Assembly: GCA_964012805.1 (NCBI GenBank)
Contig: CAXGUD010000012.1
Coordinates: 32,001-96,000, forward strand
Reading direction: 5' to 3'
DNA: 64,000 bases
Source of the DNA: an uncultured Bacteriovoracaceae bacterium
GTDB taxonomy: Bacteria; Bdellovibrionota; Bacteriovoracia; Bacteriovoracales; Bacteriovoracaceae
Position 1 is the stretch's first letter. The number at the start of each line of letters is the position of its first letter. Under the pieces are notes generated by a model. It saw only the letters and a program-made list of their open reading frames with translations. It did not search any database and was not told the DNA's origin. Positions 20,845 to 30,701 of the stretch are shown piece after piece. The translations under genes and the position numbers were made by a program.

Positions 20845-22842
20845 TTATACTTTTTGTTTGCCGTAGTTTTTAATTCTATCTTCAATACTCTCTAATTTTG
20901 GTAAAATTATTGAGTACGGCTCAATTAGATTATTTTTAATTATAGATTTTGATAACATTCTTCTTTCCGGCATTTGTTTTACAAGGTTTGATAATGTTTC
21001 AAAATCCTGGGCCAACTCAAAATATCCAAGTCCTCTTAGAAGAAATTTGAGAAGGTTAGACCTTTGATGAATTAAATTAATTGTTCTTTCAAACTCAGGA
21101 TAAAGGATTGCAACTTTTAGAACTTTCTCCATCTTCTCATCGTCTATTTTATTAATATCTCTAACTAGAAAAACATATTCAAATAAGTTTTTAAAAACCT
21201 TTTCTAAATCATTTATCTTTTCAATCGCGATTTTAGAAAATGAAGAACCGAGATCTATTTTTGTTGGTGTGATTAAGTTTGCAGTCATACTATAATTAAT
21301 TAAATATTCAAAGAAAGAGCATAATATGTTTGTCACTTCAAATTGGGTGTTGAGCTCTTTACTATTTTCAATTTGTTGCACTTCTTTAAGATGATATTCA
21401 ATTTTAGATTTGAATAAGATAGAACAATCTAAAATCGATTGGATTTTTTCTAAATACGATTTGAAGTTATTTATAAAATGAGACGAATCGTATGTATCAG
21501 ACATGGGAGAAATAAAGTCATCGAGAATTTCAAAAGATTTTTTTAGAGATAATTCCAACGTTTGAGATAAATGAACCTTTTGGGGAATTGATATAATCTC
21601 TTTTAAATTATGGAATTTTTCTTGATCTTGATTTGAGACTTTTAAAAGATTCTCACTATCTGTTATATCCTCAGCCGTACACATAAGCTTTTCAATGGTA
21701 TCATTTCCATCTGAAATCGCCTTATAGGATAATTTAAGGATTTTACCCCTTTTTTCAAACTGATCAGGTATTGTAACTTTTTTGGGTAATTTTGATTTTA
21801 ATTCTTCAAATTCATTTATATTAGTTTCAAAGATCTTTTTAAAGGTCAATGAAAGTTCTATGTATTGTCTAGTTCCTTTTTTGAAATTAAAAAAAAGAAC
21901 CTGACTGATATGAAGCCCAACTATATTTCTATTAAAAAGAAATTCAGAAAAATCAGATACAGGAGGAAGTATTAAAAAATCACTTCCTATTACAAAAATT
22001 GAGACTTGTATGTTATTTAAAAGTGTCCCAATTTTATTTTTTTCTTCGTTTATTTCTTTCGTAGCATCTCTTATCTTATATTCAAGATTTTTTGAATAAT
22101 CTATAAGCTTTTCATGATTAATTTGAAGGTTTTTTTTCATTTTATTGATTGAATTAACAAGTTGATCTAGTTCATCTGGGTGTTTAAGTACTTTTCTATT
22201 TAATTTTAGATCTCCTAAGGCCTTTAATTTATTTAGATCAAGACTTATGGCGTATTCAACCATTCTATTTATATGACTAGTGATCAGATATCTAAAAATA
22301 AAAAAAACTAAGACTGTTGTTACAATTGTTTGAAATAGAATTAAAAAAGATTGGTCTATAACTTGTTTTCTCGTTTTTTTTAGAATATATCTATTTGTGA
22401 AAAATACTTTTAATTTTCCAAGATAGGCTTTTTTTGTTTCTCCTTCAATCTGATGAAATATTGGTAGAGTCTTCATAATGAAGCTTCTAGGGTCTTCATT
22501 CTTAAAGTTTTTATCTTCTAAAAAAAATAACTCACTGTGTTTGGAATCTAAATTATTCTCATTACTTACTTCTAAAAAAGATACTTTGATAATATTTTCG
22601 TCAGCCAAAATCCCTCTGAGAGACAAGCTAATTCCTTCTTCATTCTCTTCAAAAAGAGCACCAGCAAGAGGGGGAATAATTGATTCTTTAAAATCCCTTA
22701 ATTTTGTATTAATTTTTTTTGTATTTTCTTTTGAGAGTTCTAGATAATTTTGAAGCATGAAAGCGAGGCTAACTAGGATATTTCCTAAAAGAACATAGAA
22801 GATCAGTTTAGACGCTATAGATGATTTCTTTTTTAAATTCAT
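20845..22842 (-). CDS. Two-TM sensor with HAMP, PAS-like domain and unrecognised C-terminal domain (no kinase)
   Basis: TM-periplasm-TM, HAMP DELDQLVNSINKM, PAS-like LLNNIQVSIF...KLMCTAEDITD. C-terminus aligns with that of 5239..7734. Confidence 0.75.
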   Translation of the reverse strand: MNLKKKSSIASKLIFYVLLGNILVSLAFMLQNYLELSKENTKKINTKLRDFKESIIPPLAGALFEENEEGISLSLRGILADENIIKVSFLEVSNENNLDSKHSELFFLEDKNFKNEDPRSFIMKTLPIFHQIEGETKKAYLGKLKVFFTNRYILKKTRKQVIDQSFLILFQTIVTTVLVFFIFRYLITSHINRMVEYAISLDLNKLKALGDLKLNRKVLKHPDELDQLVNSINKMKKNLQINHEKLIDYSKNLEYKIRDATKEINEEKNKIGTLLNNIQVSIFVIGSDFLILPPVSDFSEFLFNRNIVGLHISQVLFFNFKKGTRQYIELSLTFKKIFETNINEFEELKSKLPKKVTIPDQFEKRGKILKLSYKAISDGNDTIEKLMCTAEDITDSENLLKVSNQDQEKFHNLKEIISIPQKVHLSQTLELSLKKSFEILDDFISPMSDTYDSSHFINNFKSYLEKIQSILDCSILFKSKIEYHLKEVQQIENSKELNTQFEVTNILCSFFEYLINYSMTANLITPTKIDLGSSFSKIAIEKINDLEKVFKNLFEYVFLVRDINKIDDEKMEKVLKVAILYPEFERTINLIHQRSNLLKFLLRGLGYFELAQDFETLSNLVKQMPERRMLSKSIIKNNLIEPYSIILPKLESIEDRIKNYGKQKV

Positions 22843-23102
22843 TATTTCTTTTTTTAATAAATATCTAAAAATATATGAACCTGTATCGGGTGGTAAAGCT
22901 ATTAAAATTAATGATTTAACTCAAATTTAAAAAGTAATTTAAGTTAAAAAAACCGACTTTTTAAGTTTTGAAAGATAGTTGACTAGTTTTCTTGGAGTAA
23001 GGATAAATATTACAAAATACTTGTACTCCAATGCAGTTATTAATTACTATCCAGAGGTATAAATGTTATAAATGCCTCAAAGTACTATTAAAAAGGAAAG
23101 GT

Positions 23103-23693
23103 ATGTTTTTAAAAATTTTTACTTTAGGCCTTTGTCTGATTTTGAATTTTTCTTCTTTTGCAAGAACAGGAGACCTTTTTGAAAAAGATTATTTTATTCT
23201 AAAAAAAATTCCAGCAGACTATAGATCATTTGGAGCCATCTGTGAACAGGTTGCAAGATTAAGGCTTAAAGAGAGGTTTGATCCAAATAAATTTCAATTT
23301 ATTATTGGCCTTGAATATAGAAACTCACGAAGGGTATTGGGTGAAATTGACCTTATTGTTGTTTCCAAAAAAAATCAAAAAGTCATAGTTGTTGGTGAAG
23401 TTAAATGTTGGAAAAATTTAAAGGCTGCTTCAAAGAAAGCAAAAAAACAATTAAATAGGTTCTTTACTGCAATAAAGAGTTTGGAAAAAATACTTTTTTT
23501 TCCTAAAGAAACAGTGAGTTTCAAGTTTAAAAAAGAGGACTTCTTTAATGCAAAAAGAATGCTTTTCTCCCAAAAGGTAGAAGGTGATAATCCTTTTAAA
23601 AACAATATTGGTTTAACTCTTAATCAAGTTAAAAAATTAAGACAAAAACTTCAGATCTGTCAAAAGAATAGAGAGTGCCCTTCTCTAAAATGA
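23103..23693 (+). CDS. Signal-peptide protein with PD-(D/E)XK nuclease-like motif
   Basis: MFLKIF...SSFA signal; GAICEQVA...GEIDLIVV...GEVKC. RBS precedes the ATG at 23103 (track start 23031). Confidence 0.55.
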   Translation: MFLKIFTLGLCLILNFSSFARTGDLFEKDYFILKKIPADYRSFGAICEQVARLRLKERFDPNKFQFIIGLEYRNSRRVLGEIDLIVVSKKNQKVIVVGEVKCWKNLKAASKKAKKQLNRFFTAIKSLEKILFFPKETVSFKFKKEDFFNAKRMLFSQKVEGDNPFKNNIGLTLNQVKKLRQKLQICQKNRECPSLK

Positions 23694-23784
23694 TTAATTT
23701 TCTAGGGATATTAATTGTACTCTTTTTATTTTGGAACCTATATAAAAAACAAAATTTTAATATATTTATTTGGGAGATTAAACT

Positions 23785-24243
23785 ATGAGTGAAACCCGCT
23801 TATGGATTGATGCTGATGCCTGTCCGAAAGCTGTTAAAGAAATTATCTATAAATCTTCTAGCCGACTACAGTTTGAAGTCATACTCGTTGCTAATGCTTA
23901 CCAATCTGTTCCCCAAAGTCCCCTTATTAAGCTAGTAAAGGTTGACTTGGGCGCTGATGTGGCGGACCACTATATTATAGAGCATTGTGGAGCATCTGAT
24001 ATTGTTATAACAGCTGATATACCTTTGGCCTCCCATATTGTTAAAAAGGGAGCAATAGCATTAAATCCAAGGGGGGAAGTTTATGATGAAGAAAATATTG
24101 GTGAAAGATTGGCAGTTAGGGATTTGATGAAAGATCTGAGAAATAATGGGGAAGTAACAGGCGGTCCACCGCCATTTGGGCCAAAAGATAAAGCCAACTT
24201 TGCAAACTCTTTCAACAAGCTTATCACGAGGAAGATGAAGTAA
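23785..24243 (+). CDS. yaiI: YaiI/YqxD (UPF0178) family protein
   Basis: WIDADACP, ITADIPLA, ALNPRGEVY and TGGPPPF. Confidence 0.92.
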   Translation: MSETRLWIDADACPKAVKEIIYKSSSRLQFEVILVANAYQSVPQSPLIKLVKVDLGADVADHYIIEHCGASDIVITADIPLASHIVKKGAIALNPRGEVYDEENIGERLAVRDLMKDLRNNGEVTGGPPPFGPKDKANFANSFNKLITRKMK

Positions 24244-24340
24244 AAATTTCTTATAAGTATCAATAAAAACTATTGATTTAAGACAAAGAAATTGGCCCAT
24301 GGTAGAGGTATATTTTTGAAACTTCAGAGAGGTAAGACCT

Positions 24341-25711
24341 ATGAATAAAGGAAAACCTTTTAGCCAAATGGCATTAAAAAAAGAACTTGTGAATTCTCTT
24401 GAAGAAATGAAATTTGAATCCATGACACCGATTCAGGAAAAAGCGCTTCCTTTTATTCTGGAAAATCGAGATGTGATTGCCCAAGCAAAAACAGGATCAG
24501 GCAAAACTTATGCCTTTGGTTTAGGAATTCTTTCATTCATAGATGTATCTATCTTCAAACCTCAGGCCCTTATTTTGTGTCCAACAAGAGAGCTTGCTGA
24601 TCAAGTTGCTGAAGATCTTAGAAAGCTAGGCAAAAAAATAGATAATCTAAAAATCGCGACTCTTACAGGTGGAGGCTTTGAAGAAAGGCAGAAAAAGTCC
24701 CTTGAACATGGTGTGCATATTGTTGTTGGAACACCAGGAAGGACCCTTAAATTTTTAAAAAAGGGAATCTTGAAAAACATAACATTTAAGCACTTTGTTT
24801 TAGATGAAGCTGATAGAATGCTAGATATGGGATTTAGAGAGAGTATCGAAGCAATAGTTTCTTACCTTCCACTTAAGCGTCAAAGCTTACTATTTTCAGC
24901 AACATATCCAGAAAAAATCCAAGATCTTTCAGAAGATATTTTGAGAGAACCTCGATTTTTAAAAGTAGATACGATTCATAATTTTGATGTCATTGATGAG
25001 TGCTTTGTTCATTTAAATGATCATAAAGAAAAGGCACCGTTATTATTTTCTTTTTTAGAGACCTTAGGTTCCAAAACATGTTTAATCTTTTGTAAGACAA
25101 AGCTTATTTGCAAAAATCTTTCTGATTCAATTAACAGGAAAGGCTTTGAAGCACTTGCCATTCATGGTGATTTAAACCAAAAAGAAAGGAGCCTTGTTTT
25201 AACAAAGTTTACCAATGGGAGTTCAAGAATTTTGGTGGCAACTGATGTTGCAGCAAGGGGACTCGATATCGATAAATTGGATGTCGTTATCAATTTTGAT
25301 ATTCCACGAGATAAAGATAGTTATACTCATCGTATAGGTAGGACAGGTAGGGCAAATTTAAAGGGAAAAGCCGTTACTTTTTTTACTGACAAAGAAAAAA
25401 ATTCTCTTGATCAATGGGAAAATATATCTTTAACTTCCCCTTTAGAACTAACAACGCATAAAAAAGGCATTATTCCCCCGGAAATGAAAACTATTTGTAT
25501 TGCTGCTGGGAAAAAGCAGAAATTAAGGAAAACTGATATCTTAGGTGCTTTAGTGAAAGACGTTGGTATAGAAAGTAACGACGTTGGTAGAATAGACCTT
25601 TTAGATCATTCTTCCTATGTTGGAATTAGTGCAAGCTCCGTTGGTTTCGTTTTAACAGCTTTAAAAAGTAAAATGATCAAAGGGAAAAGAAGACGGGTTT
25701 CCCAAGTTTGA
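24341..25711 (+). CDS. dbpA: DEAD-box RNA helicase, DbpA type
   Basis: AKTGSGKT, PTRELA, DEAD, SAT, HRIGRTGR and C-terminal GKKQKLRKTDILGAL DbpA RNA-binding domain. Confidence 0.88.
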   Translation: MNKGKPFSQMALKKELVNSLEEMKFESMTPIQEKALPFILENRDVIAQAKTGSGKTYAFGLGILSFIDVSIFKPQALILCPTRELADQVAEDLRKLGKKIDNLKIATLTGGGFEERQKKSLEHGVHIVVGTPGRTLKFLKKGILKNITFKHFVLDEADRMLDMGFRESIEAIVSYLPLKRQSLLFSATYPEKIQDLSEDILREPRFLKVDTIHNFDVIDECFVHLNDHKEKAPLLFSFLETLGSKTCLIFCKTKLICKNLSDSINRKGFEALAIHGDLNQKERSLVLTKFTNGSSRILVATDVAARGLDIDKLDVVINFDIPRDKDSYTHRIGRTGRANLKGKAVTFFTDKEKNSLDQWENISLTSPLELTTHKKGIIPPEMKTICIAAGKKQKLRKTDILGALVKDVGIESNDVGRIDLLDHSSYVGISASSVGFVLTALKSKMIKGKRRRVSQV

Positions 25712-25767
25712 TTCCTCTATATTATTTGACAGTCTTAAGTAAAAGTTTTTCTTTCAAGGTTATCTTT

Positions 25768-26667
25768 ATGAGAGTCATTTTCACTATTTTAATCTGTTTT
25801 TCTTTGGGTAATCTTAATTATTATCTCTTTTTCCAAGATGATTCATCAATTAAAGGGACTATAAAAGACCTGACATCTAGAAATTCTGAAAAAATTGATA
25901 AATCAATCGATAGGATAAAGGATAATACATCTAAGCTTGATCAAAAAGCGTCTCTTCAAAGTGGATCTCAAAAAAAAGCGAAGGATAAGGCTTTAGTTAC
26001 CCAAAGTAAAAGTGAAAAAAAACAAGCTAGTGTACTTGACGAAAAAACGAATAGGAAAAAGTTCTTAGAAGAACAATTTGTAAAAGAATCTATTACTAGC
26101 GAAGATAATAATCCTTTTTTTGGCGAAAGAAATTTATTAGAAGATTTGGATAATGGCCTTGATGAAAACAAAAAACTAAAGGTTAAAAAAAGAAGAATAA
26201 AAATTAAAAAACGTTTGGAGCATCTTTTTTCAGAAAAAACATATCCTTGGGTGAAAAGAATAAGCTCTTTAAAAGGGATAGAGTCTCCCAGAAACTCTCT
26301 TGAATTTTATCCATGGGGTTTTTGGCGAGGACAATACCTAAGCTCAGATGGATTCATGAGGTCAATAACCCTAAAGATAAATAGAAAAAGTCATGAATTA
26401 AAAGACCTTGCAAAACTCAATATGAAGGTAGGGAAGGGAAAAAAACTTCATTTGGCAATTTTAAAGAATTTTCCATTAAAAACATCTGAAAATGAGGGTT
26501 TTTTAAATAAATTTCATTACTTTTCTTTTTCAATTGATAAAGAAATCCGTTTAATTCTTTTTAAGAGAAAAAAGCAAAAGAATTTTATGGGCTTGATAAA
26601 GCTGAGAAGAAAAAAGGAATGGGTCACCTTTGCAACTTTCAGGCTAAAAAAAATTATTAGGAAGTAA
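25768..26667 (+). CDS. Hypothetical basic protein with N-terminal membrane anchor
   Basis: Long ORF with hydrophobic N-terminus from the ATG at 25768 (track start 25708). No recognised motif. Confidence 0.6.
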   Translation: MRVIFTILICFSLGNLNYYLFFQDDSSIKGTIKDLTSRNSEKIDKSIDRIKDNTSKLDQKASLQSGSQKKAKDKALVTQSKSEKKQASVLDEKTNRKKFLEEQFVKESITSEDNNPFFGERNLLEDLDNGLDENKKLKVKKRRIKIKKRLEHLFSEKTYPWVKRISSLKGIESPRNSLEFYPWGFWRGQYLSSDGFMRSITLKINRKSHELKDLAKLNMKVGKGKKLHLAILKNFPLKTSENEGFLNKFHYFSFSIDKEIRLILFKRKKQKNFMGLIKLRRKKEWVTFATFRLKKIIRK

Positions 26668-27048
26668 AACTTTATAATTTCTATTACTTTACTATTGTTC
26701 AAAACCTCTTTTATTTTCTATTATTAAATATTACTGATTTTATTCATTTAAATAGAGGAATGAGCGTAAATACAGAGACTTTAAATTTGTTTAAATCAGT
26801 TAGTATTCTATTGTTTGTTATTATTTAAAAAGAGTCTAATTTAAAATTATAAATATTTACTTTCACTTCATTTCTTAGTGTTTCTAGGAAATTGTCATTA
26901 AAAAAAATCTATACTTCTTCAAAATTTATTTAATTATTTTGAAAACAATAAAATTATTGGTTTATTTTTTTTTTATTTTTTATAACTAAAAATTGAAAAT
27001 GCTTTAGAATGTATAGAAAAATAGAGACTCTCTTTATGGAGGTTAAAG

Positions 27049-29175
27049 ATGAATTTTAGATTTCTGTCGATTTTCCTTTCTATGATTTTAAGTACTAATC
27101 TCTTTTCTTTTCCTTCCTATATGAAAAGGGATGTCGATGCCTTTTTAAAGCTTAAAAAGCAAATTAAAAAGGAAGTTAAGAAATTTAACAAGGAAACAAA
27201 ATTCACCATAAAGTCATCAATGTTTGGCGGCTCAAGTAAGAAATATAATTTTTATCAAAATGTGGTACCAAATTATTGCCAGTTTGGTATTGAACAACAG
27301 GTTCATGAATCGAAAAACTCCATCTTTAGAACAAAAGATGGAAAAGGTATTGTAAACAGAAGCGGGCCTGTAGATATCGGTGATGACCTGGATATGTTCA
27401 CCAAGGATTATAATCCAAGAAAGAACTTGGGTTACTCAATAAGGTTTAATAATTATTTGGGCAAAACAAATCCTTTAACCCTTAATTATAAAAGTAAATC
27501 TGAAAGAGATAAGGTCAAAGATGCACTGAATGTTGTTCAGAGGCTTTGTAGAGACAAGAAAAGAAGGCTTAGGAACCTAATTTCAGCTGGAGTTGATCCC
27601 GTGGAAGTAGGGGAACTTGGTAAGTTGAAAAAGGGTGAAAAGAGTCAAGGTTATAACAGGAACCCTTATGATCTCTCAAAATTTAGTGGGAAAGGCTTCA
27701 AAAATAATCCTGCTATGACTATTCCAACTTCAAGTAAGTTTGGTCCTTTCCCTTACAGAACAAGTGGACAGGATCTTGTGACAGTTGGAGCGCTTGGAGG
27801 AGAAAGATCATTTATTAGAAGAATTGCCATTTCACAACAGGCCAAAAAATCAATTGATATTTTAAACTTACAATTTATGGCCGATGAAATCGGAATGGTC
27901 TTAGGAGAAATTTTAATCAATAAAAGAAAGCAAGGAGTCAATGTAAGACTTTATATTGATGCTTTTTCGGTTTTTGTTGATGGAAGGGATGCGATCGCTC
28001 AAGGGAATTCTTATATTCTCTATAGAAATATGATGGCCCATGGAATTCCTGTTTATGGTTTCCAGTGTGATTCTAAGTGGAGACTCCTAAAGCAAGAATG
28101 GGACAATACCAAGAAAATTAAGGGGCGTTCCTGGATGCATAGGTTCCATGAGAAAATATGGATTGCTGATGGAGAAGTAGCAATTGTTGGAGGTGCCAAT
28201 ATTACCGCTTCTTACCACATGGTTTACCCCAATGGGCGTTTGAGATGGAGGGATATGGATGTCGAAATGACAGGAAGAAAAACAATTAAGGATTTGACCA
28301 ATAGGATAGATGAAAAGGTTAAGCTTTATAATAGAGACTTTCCTGATCCAACTAAAATGAAGTGTTTTAATAAATATCCAGTTGGTACAGTTAAGTGGAA
28401 AAACTTTGCTAAGAACGAAAGTAAAAAGTATATTCCTTTTGGGTCAGGTAAAATAAGTAAGGACCAAGACTTTGCCATGAAGTATGTCAAAAAATTAACG
28501 AAAGGAGATTTTAACCTTGAAGGTAAAAAGTGGAAATTGAGAAAGGTTAGGACAAAGGGCTCGAGAGTTGTTTTCTCGAGACCAAAGTTTGGAGAACTTT
28601 ACCTTGAGCAGGTTTACATAGACCTGATCAATAAGTCTAAGTATGAAATCCTCTTAGAAAACTCTTATTTTATTCCCTCACAGCCACTTTTAGACGCCTT
28701 AATTAAGGCCTCTCAAAGAGGTGTAAAAATTAAAATTTTGACTAATGGTCCTGAAACAAACGAACCACCTATGGTCATGACTCCGCTAGCGAGGTTCTAT
28801 TACAAGGACCTCATGGACGTAAATCAAGGGAATAAAAGGCATGAAGCAGAGATTTATGAGTGGAATGGTCGTTATAAAAACGGTAAAGATATCCATTTTG
28901 GAATGGTCCACTCTAAGTTTGCTGTTTTCGATAGGCAAATTACACTTATTGGATCTTATAACTTTGATAATGTAAGTAGGGACTTTAATGAAGAGTTGGC
29001 AATTCTTTATGATGGAACAGATTTGGCGCTTTTTATTGCTAAAAGGTTCTATGAATATGATTTGAATTACACGGAAAGGATTAAATACAAGGATGCATTA
29101 AAATATAAGAAGCCAAGGAATTTTGGTCAACAGATGATTTTAAAAATGCTTAGAAAGATGGAAAGTAGGATTTAG
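27049..29175 (+). CDS. Secreted phospholipase D superfamily protein (two HKD motifs)
   Basis: Signal peptide; HEKIWIAD...GGAN, WRDMD and HSKFAVFD...GSYNFD. Confidence 0.9.
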   Translation: MNFRFLSIFLSMILSTNLFSFPSYMKRDVDAFLKLKKQIKKEVKKFNKETKFTIKSSMFGGSSKKYNFYQNVVPNYCQFGIEQQVHESKNSIFRTKDGKGIVNRSGPVDIGDDLDMFTKDYNPRKNLGYSIRFNNYLGKTNPLTLNYKSKSERDKVKDALNVVQRLCRDKKRRLRNLISAGVDPVEVGELGKLKKGEKSQGYNRNPYDLSKFSGKGFKNNPAMTIPTSSKFGPFPYRTSGQDLVTVGALGGERSFIRRIAISQQAKKSIDILNLQFMADEIGMVLGEILINKRKQGVNVRLYIDAFSVFVDGRDAIAQGNSYILYRNMMAHGIPVYGFQCDSKWRLLKQEWDNTKKIKGRSWMHRFHEKIWIADGEVAIVGGANITASYHMVYPNGRLRWRDMDVEMTGRKTIKDLTNRIDEKVKLYNRDFPDPTKMKCFNKYPVGTVKWKNFAKNESKKYIPFGSGKISKDQDFAMKYVKKLTKGDFNLEGKKWKLRKVRTKGSRVVFSRPKFGELYLEQVYIDLINKSKYEILLENSYFIPSQPLLDALIKASQRGVKIKILTNGPETNEPPMVMTPLARFYYKDLMDVNQGNKRHEAEIYEWNGRYKNGKDIHFGMVHSKFAVFDRQITLIGSYNFDNVSRDFNEELAILYDGTDLALFIAKRFYEYDLNYTERIKYKDALKYKKPRNFGQQMILKMLRKMESRI

Positions 29176-29201
29176 AAGAATCTTCCTTTAAAAATGGACT
29201 C

Positions 29202-29232
29202 AAGGGCCGCCTCTATGGTGGCCCTTTTTTTT
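29202..29232 (+). terminator. Intrinsic terminator
   Basis: AAGGGCCGCC-TCTAT-GGTGGCCCTT followed by a T-run. Confidence 0.8.
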
Positions 29233-29245
29233 GACTTTTGTCACT

Positions 29246-29824
29246 TTAAGGTAGCGGAAAACCTGACTTTCTTAGAAACTCACACAATTTAATAAGGGGG
29301 AGACCAATGATTCCTGTTGAGTCATCCACATCAATACTTTCAAAAAGGGAGACTCCAAGAGACTCAAGCTTGTATGAGCCTGCACAGTCAAATGGCTTAT
29401 CGTAATCGACATAGCGGATAATGGCTTCTTTATCCAATGCTCTCATTTTCATCTTCGCTATTGAAGTAAAGAGAAGCTCTTCATCTTCTTCAGCAATACA
29501 CACAGCTGTAATCAATGTGTGCTCTCTACCTTGCATTTCAAGAAGTTGTGTAATGGCTTTTTCTCGTTCACCAGGTTTGCCTAAAAGTTTTCCTTCAAGG
29601 TTGAGGACCTGATCGCTTCCAATAGAAATTTCATTTAAGTCTCTAAGTGCCCTTTTCGCCTTTAATTTCGCAAGCTCCTCTGCAACTTTTCTTGGTTCCT
29701 CAATACTTTCTTTTATGAATTCTTCATTCACACCAGGGTCACGGGTTTCAAAAGGGATATTGAGTCTTTCAAGGAGCTCTTTTCTATAAGAGCTTGTGCT
29801 TGCTAAAATAAGTTTCTTTTCCAT
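29246..29824 (-). CDS. maf: Maf-family nucleotide pyrophosphatase (YceF-like)
   Basis: LILASTSSYRKELL, GSDQV, GKPG, CAGSYKLE and GLPL. Confidence 0.92.
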   Translation of the reverse strand: MEKKLILASTSSYRKELLERLNIPFETRDPGVNEEFIKESIEEPRKVAEELAKLKAKRALRDLNEISIGSDQVLNLEGKLLGKPGEREKAITQLLEMQGREHTLITAVCIAEEDEELLFTSIAKMKMRALDKEAIIRYVDYDKPFDCAGSYKLESLGVSLFESIDVDDSTGIIGLPLIKLCEFLRKSGFPLP

Positions 29825-29918
29825 TCCTACTTAAAACATTTTTTGATTTATATTTCAATGAAAAATTATTTTATGTGATAAAGTTTTAGAGAAAAGAATA
29901 TCTGTGTTGTTTAACTAC

Positions 29919-30440
29919 TCAAAGAGGGCCTTTAATAAAAAATTGGTTCACTTCCCGGAAGGCTTCACTTATTGATTTTTCGAATTTTAATTTATGGGGA
30001 GTTGACTCTTTGGGCTTTTTACCAACATAAGCGTTAAGACATTTGTCTAGCCTTTTTAAATAAGCAAAGGTACTGGCCCCTTCTTCTACTGTTAGGTAGC
30101 ATTTACTGGCCTCAAGAAAATCCTTAACTCCACCTTTTTTCTTTAGAACATTAAAAGCTACTTTTCTTGCAGGTTTGATAAGTGACTGTGGAGGTTGAAT
30201 TTTTGTGAGCTTAAAATAGGAGTAAAGAACAGAAGTTGCATAGTTCTTGCACATCAGTGTTTCAAGTTCCTCAAGTTTTGTTTTCGCGTTAGAAAGAGTC
30301 GAATGAAGGGTAAAGGTCAAAAGAGTTACTTTAAATGATAGGACGAAAAATATCTTCATTGAAATTACCCTAAGATTTAATTTTATGGAAATAAAAGAGA
30401 TTTTCGCAAAGCTAAAATAAACTTTTAGCCTTTTTTGCAT
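29919..30440 (-). CDS. Hypothetical protein, probably exported
   Basis: Signal-like segment from the Met at 30359; three Cys; no recognised motif. Confidence 0.55.
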   Translation of the reverse strand: MQKRLKVYFSFAKISFISIKLNLRVISMKIFFVLSFKVTLLTFTLHSTLSNAKTKLEELETLMCKNYATSVLYSYFKLTKIQPPQSLIKPARKVAFNVLKKKGGVKDFLEASKCYLTVEEGASTFAYLKRLDKCLNAYVGKKPKESTPHKLKFEKSISEAFREVNQFFIKGPL

Positions 30441-30701
30441 TCCTCGTTAAGCTTGCGATTTAAAATTTTTTCTTAATTTTCTCAGCTATTCACTTATCGG
30501 TTAAAGAAACAGAGAGCTTATCTTTAAATTCACTTTTTCAAATAACGAAAACTAAGTGGATTCTTAGCGCCTTTTTGAGACAAAGTTTAGTCGGGTTGTG
30601 AATAGGCTACCATGTGTAGTCCTTTTCTTGTATCATTCGAGAAATGAAGTTGACTGGTTGGGTCAGGCAAGTGACCAAATAAAATAATCATAAGGTCCTA
30701 A

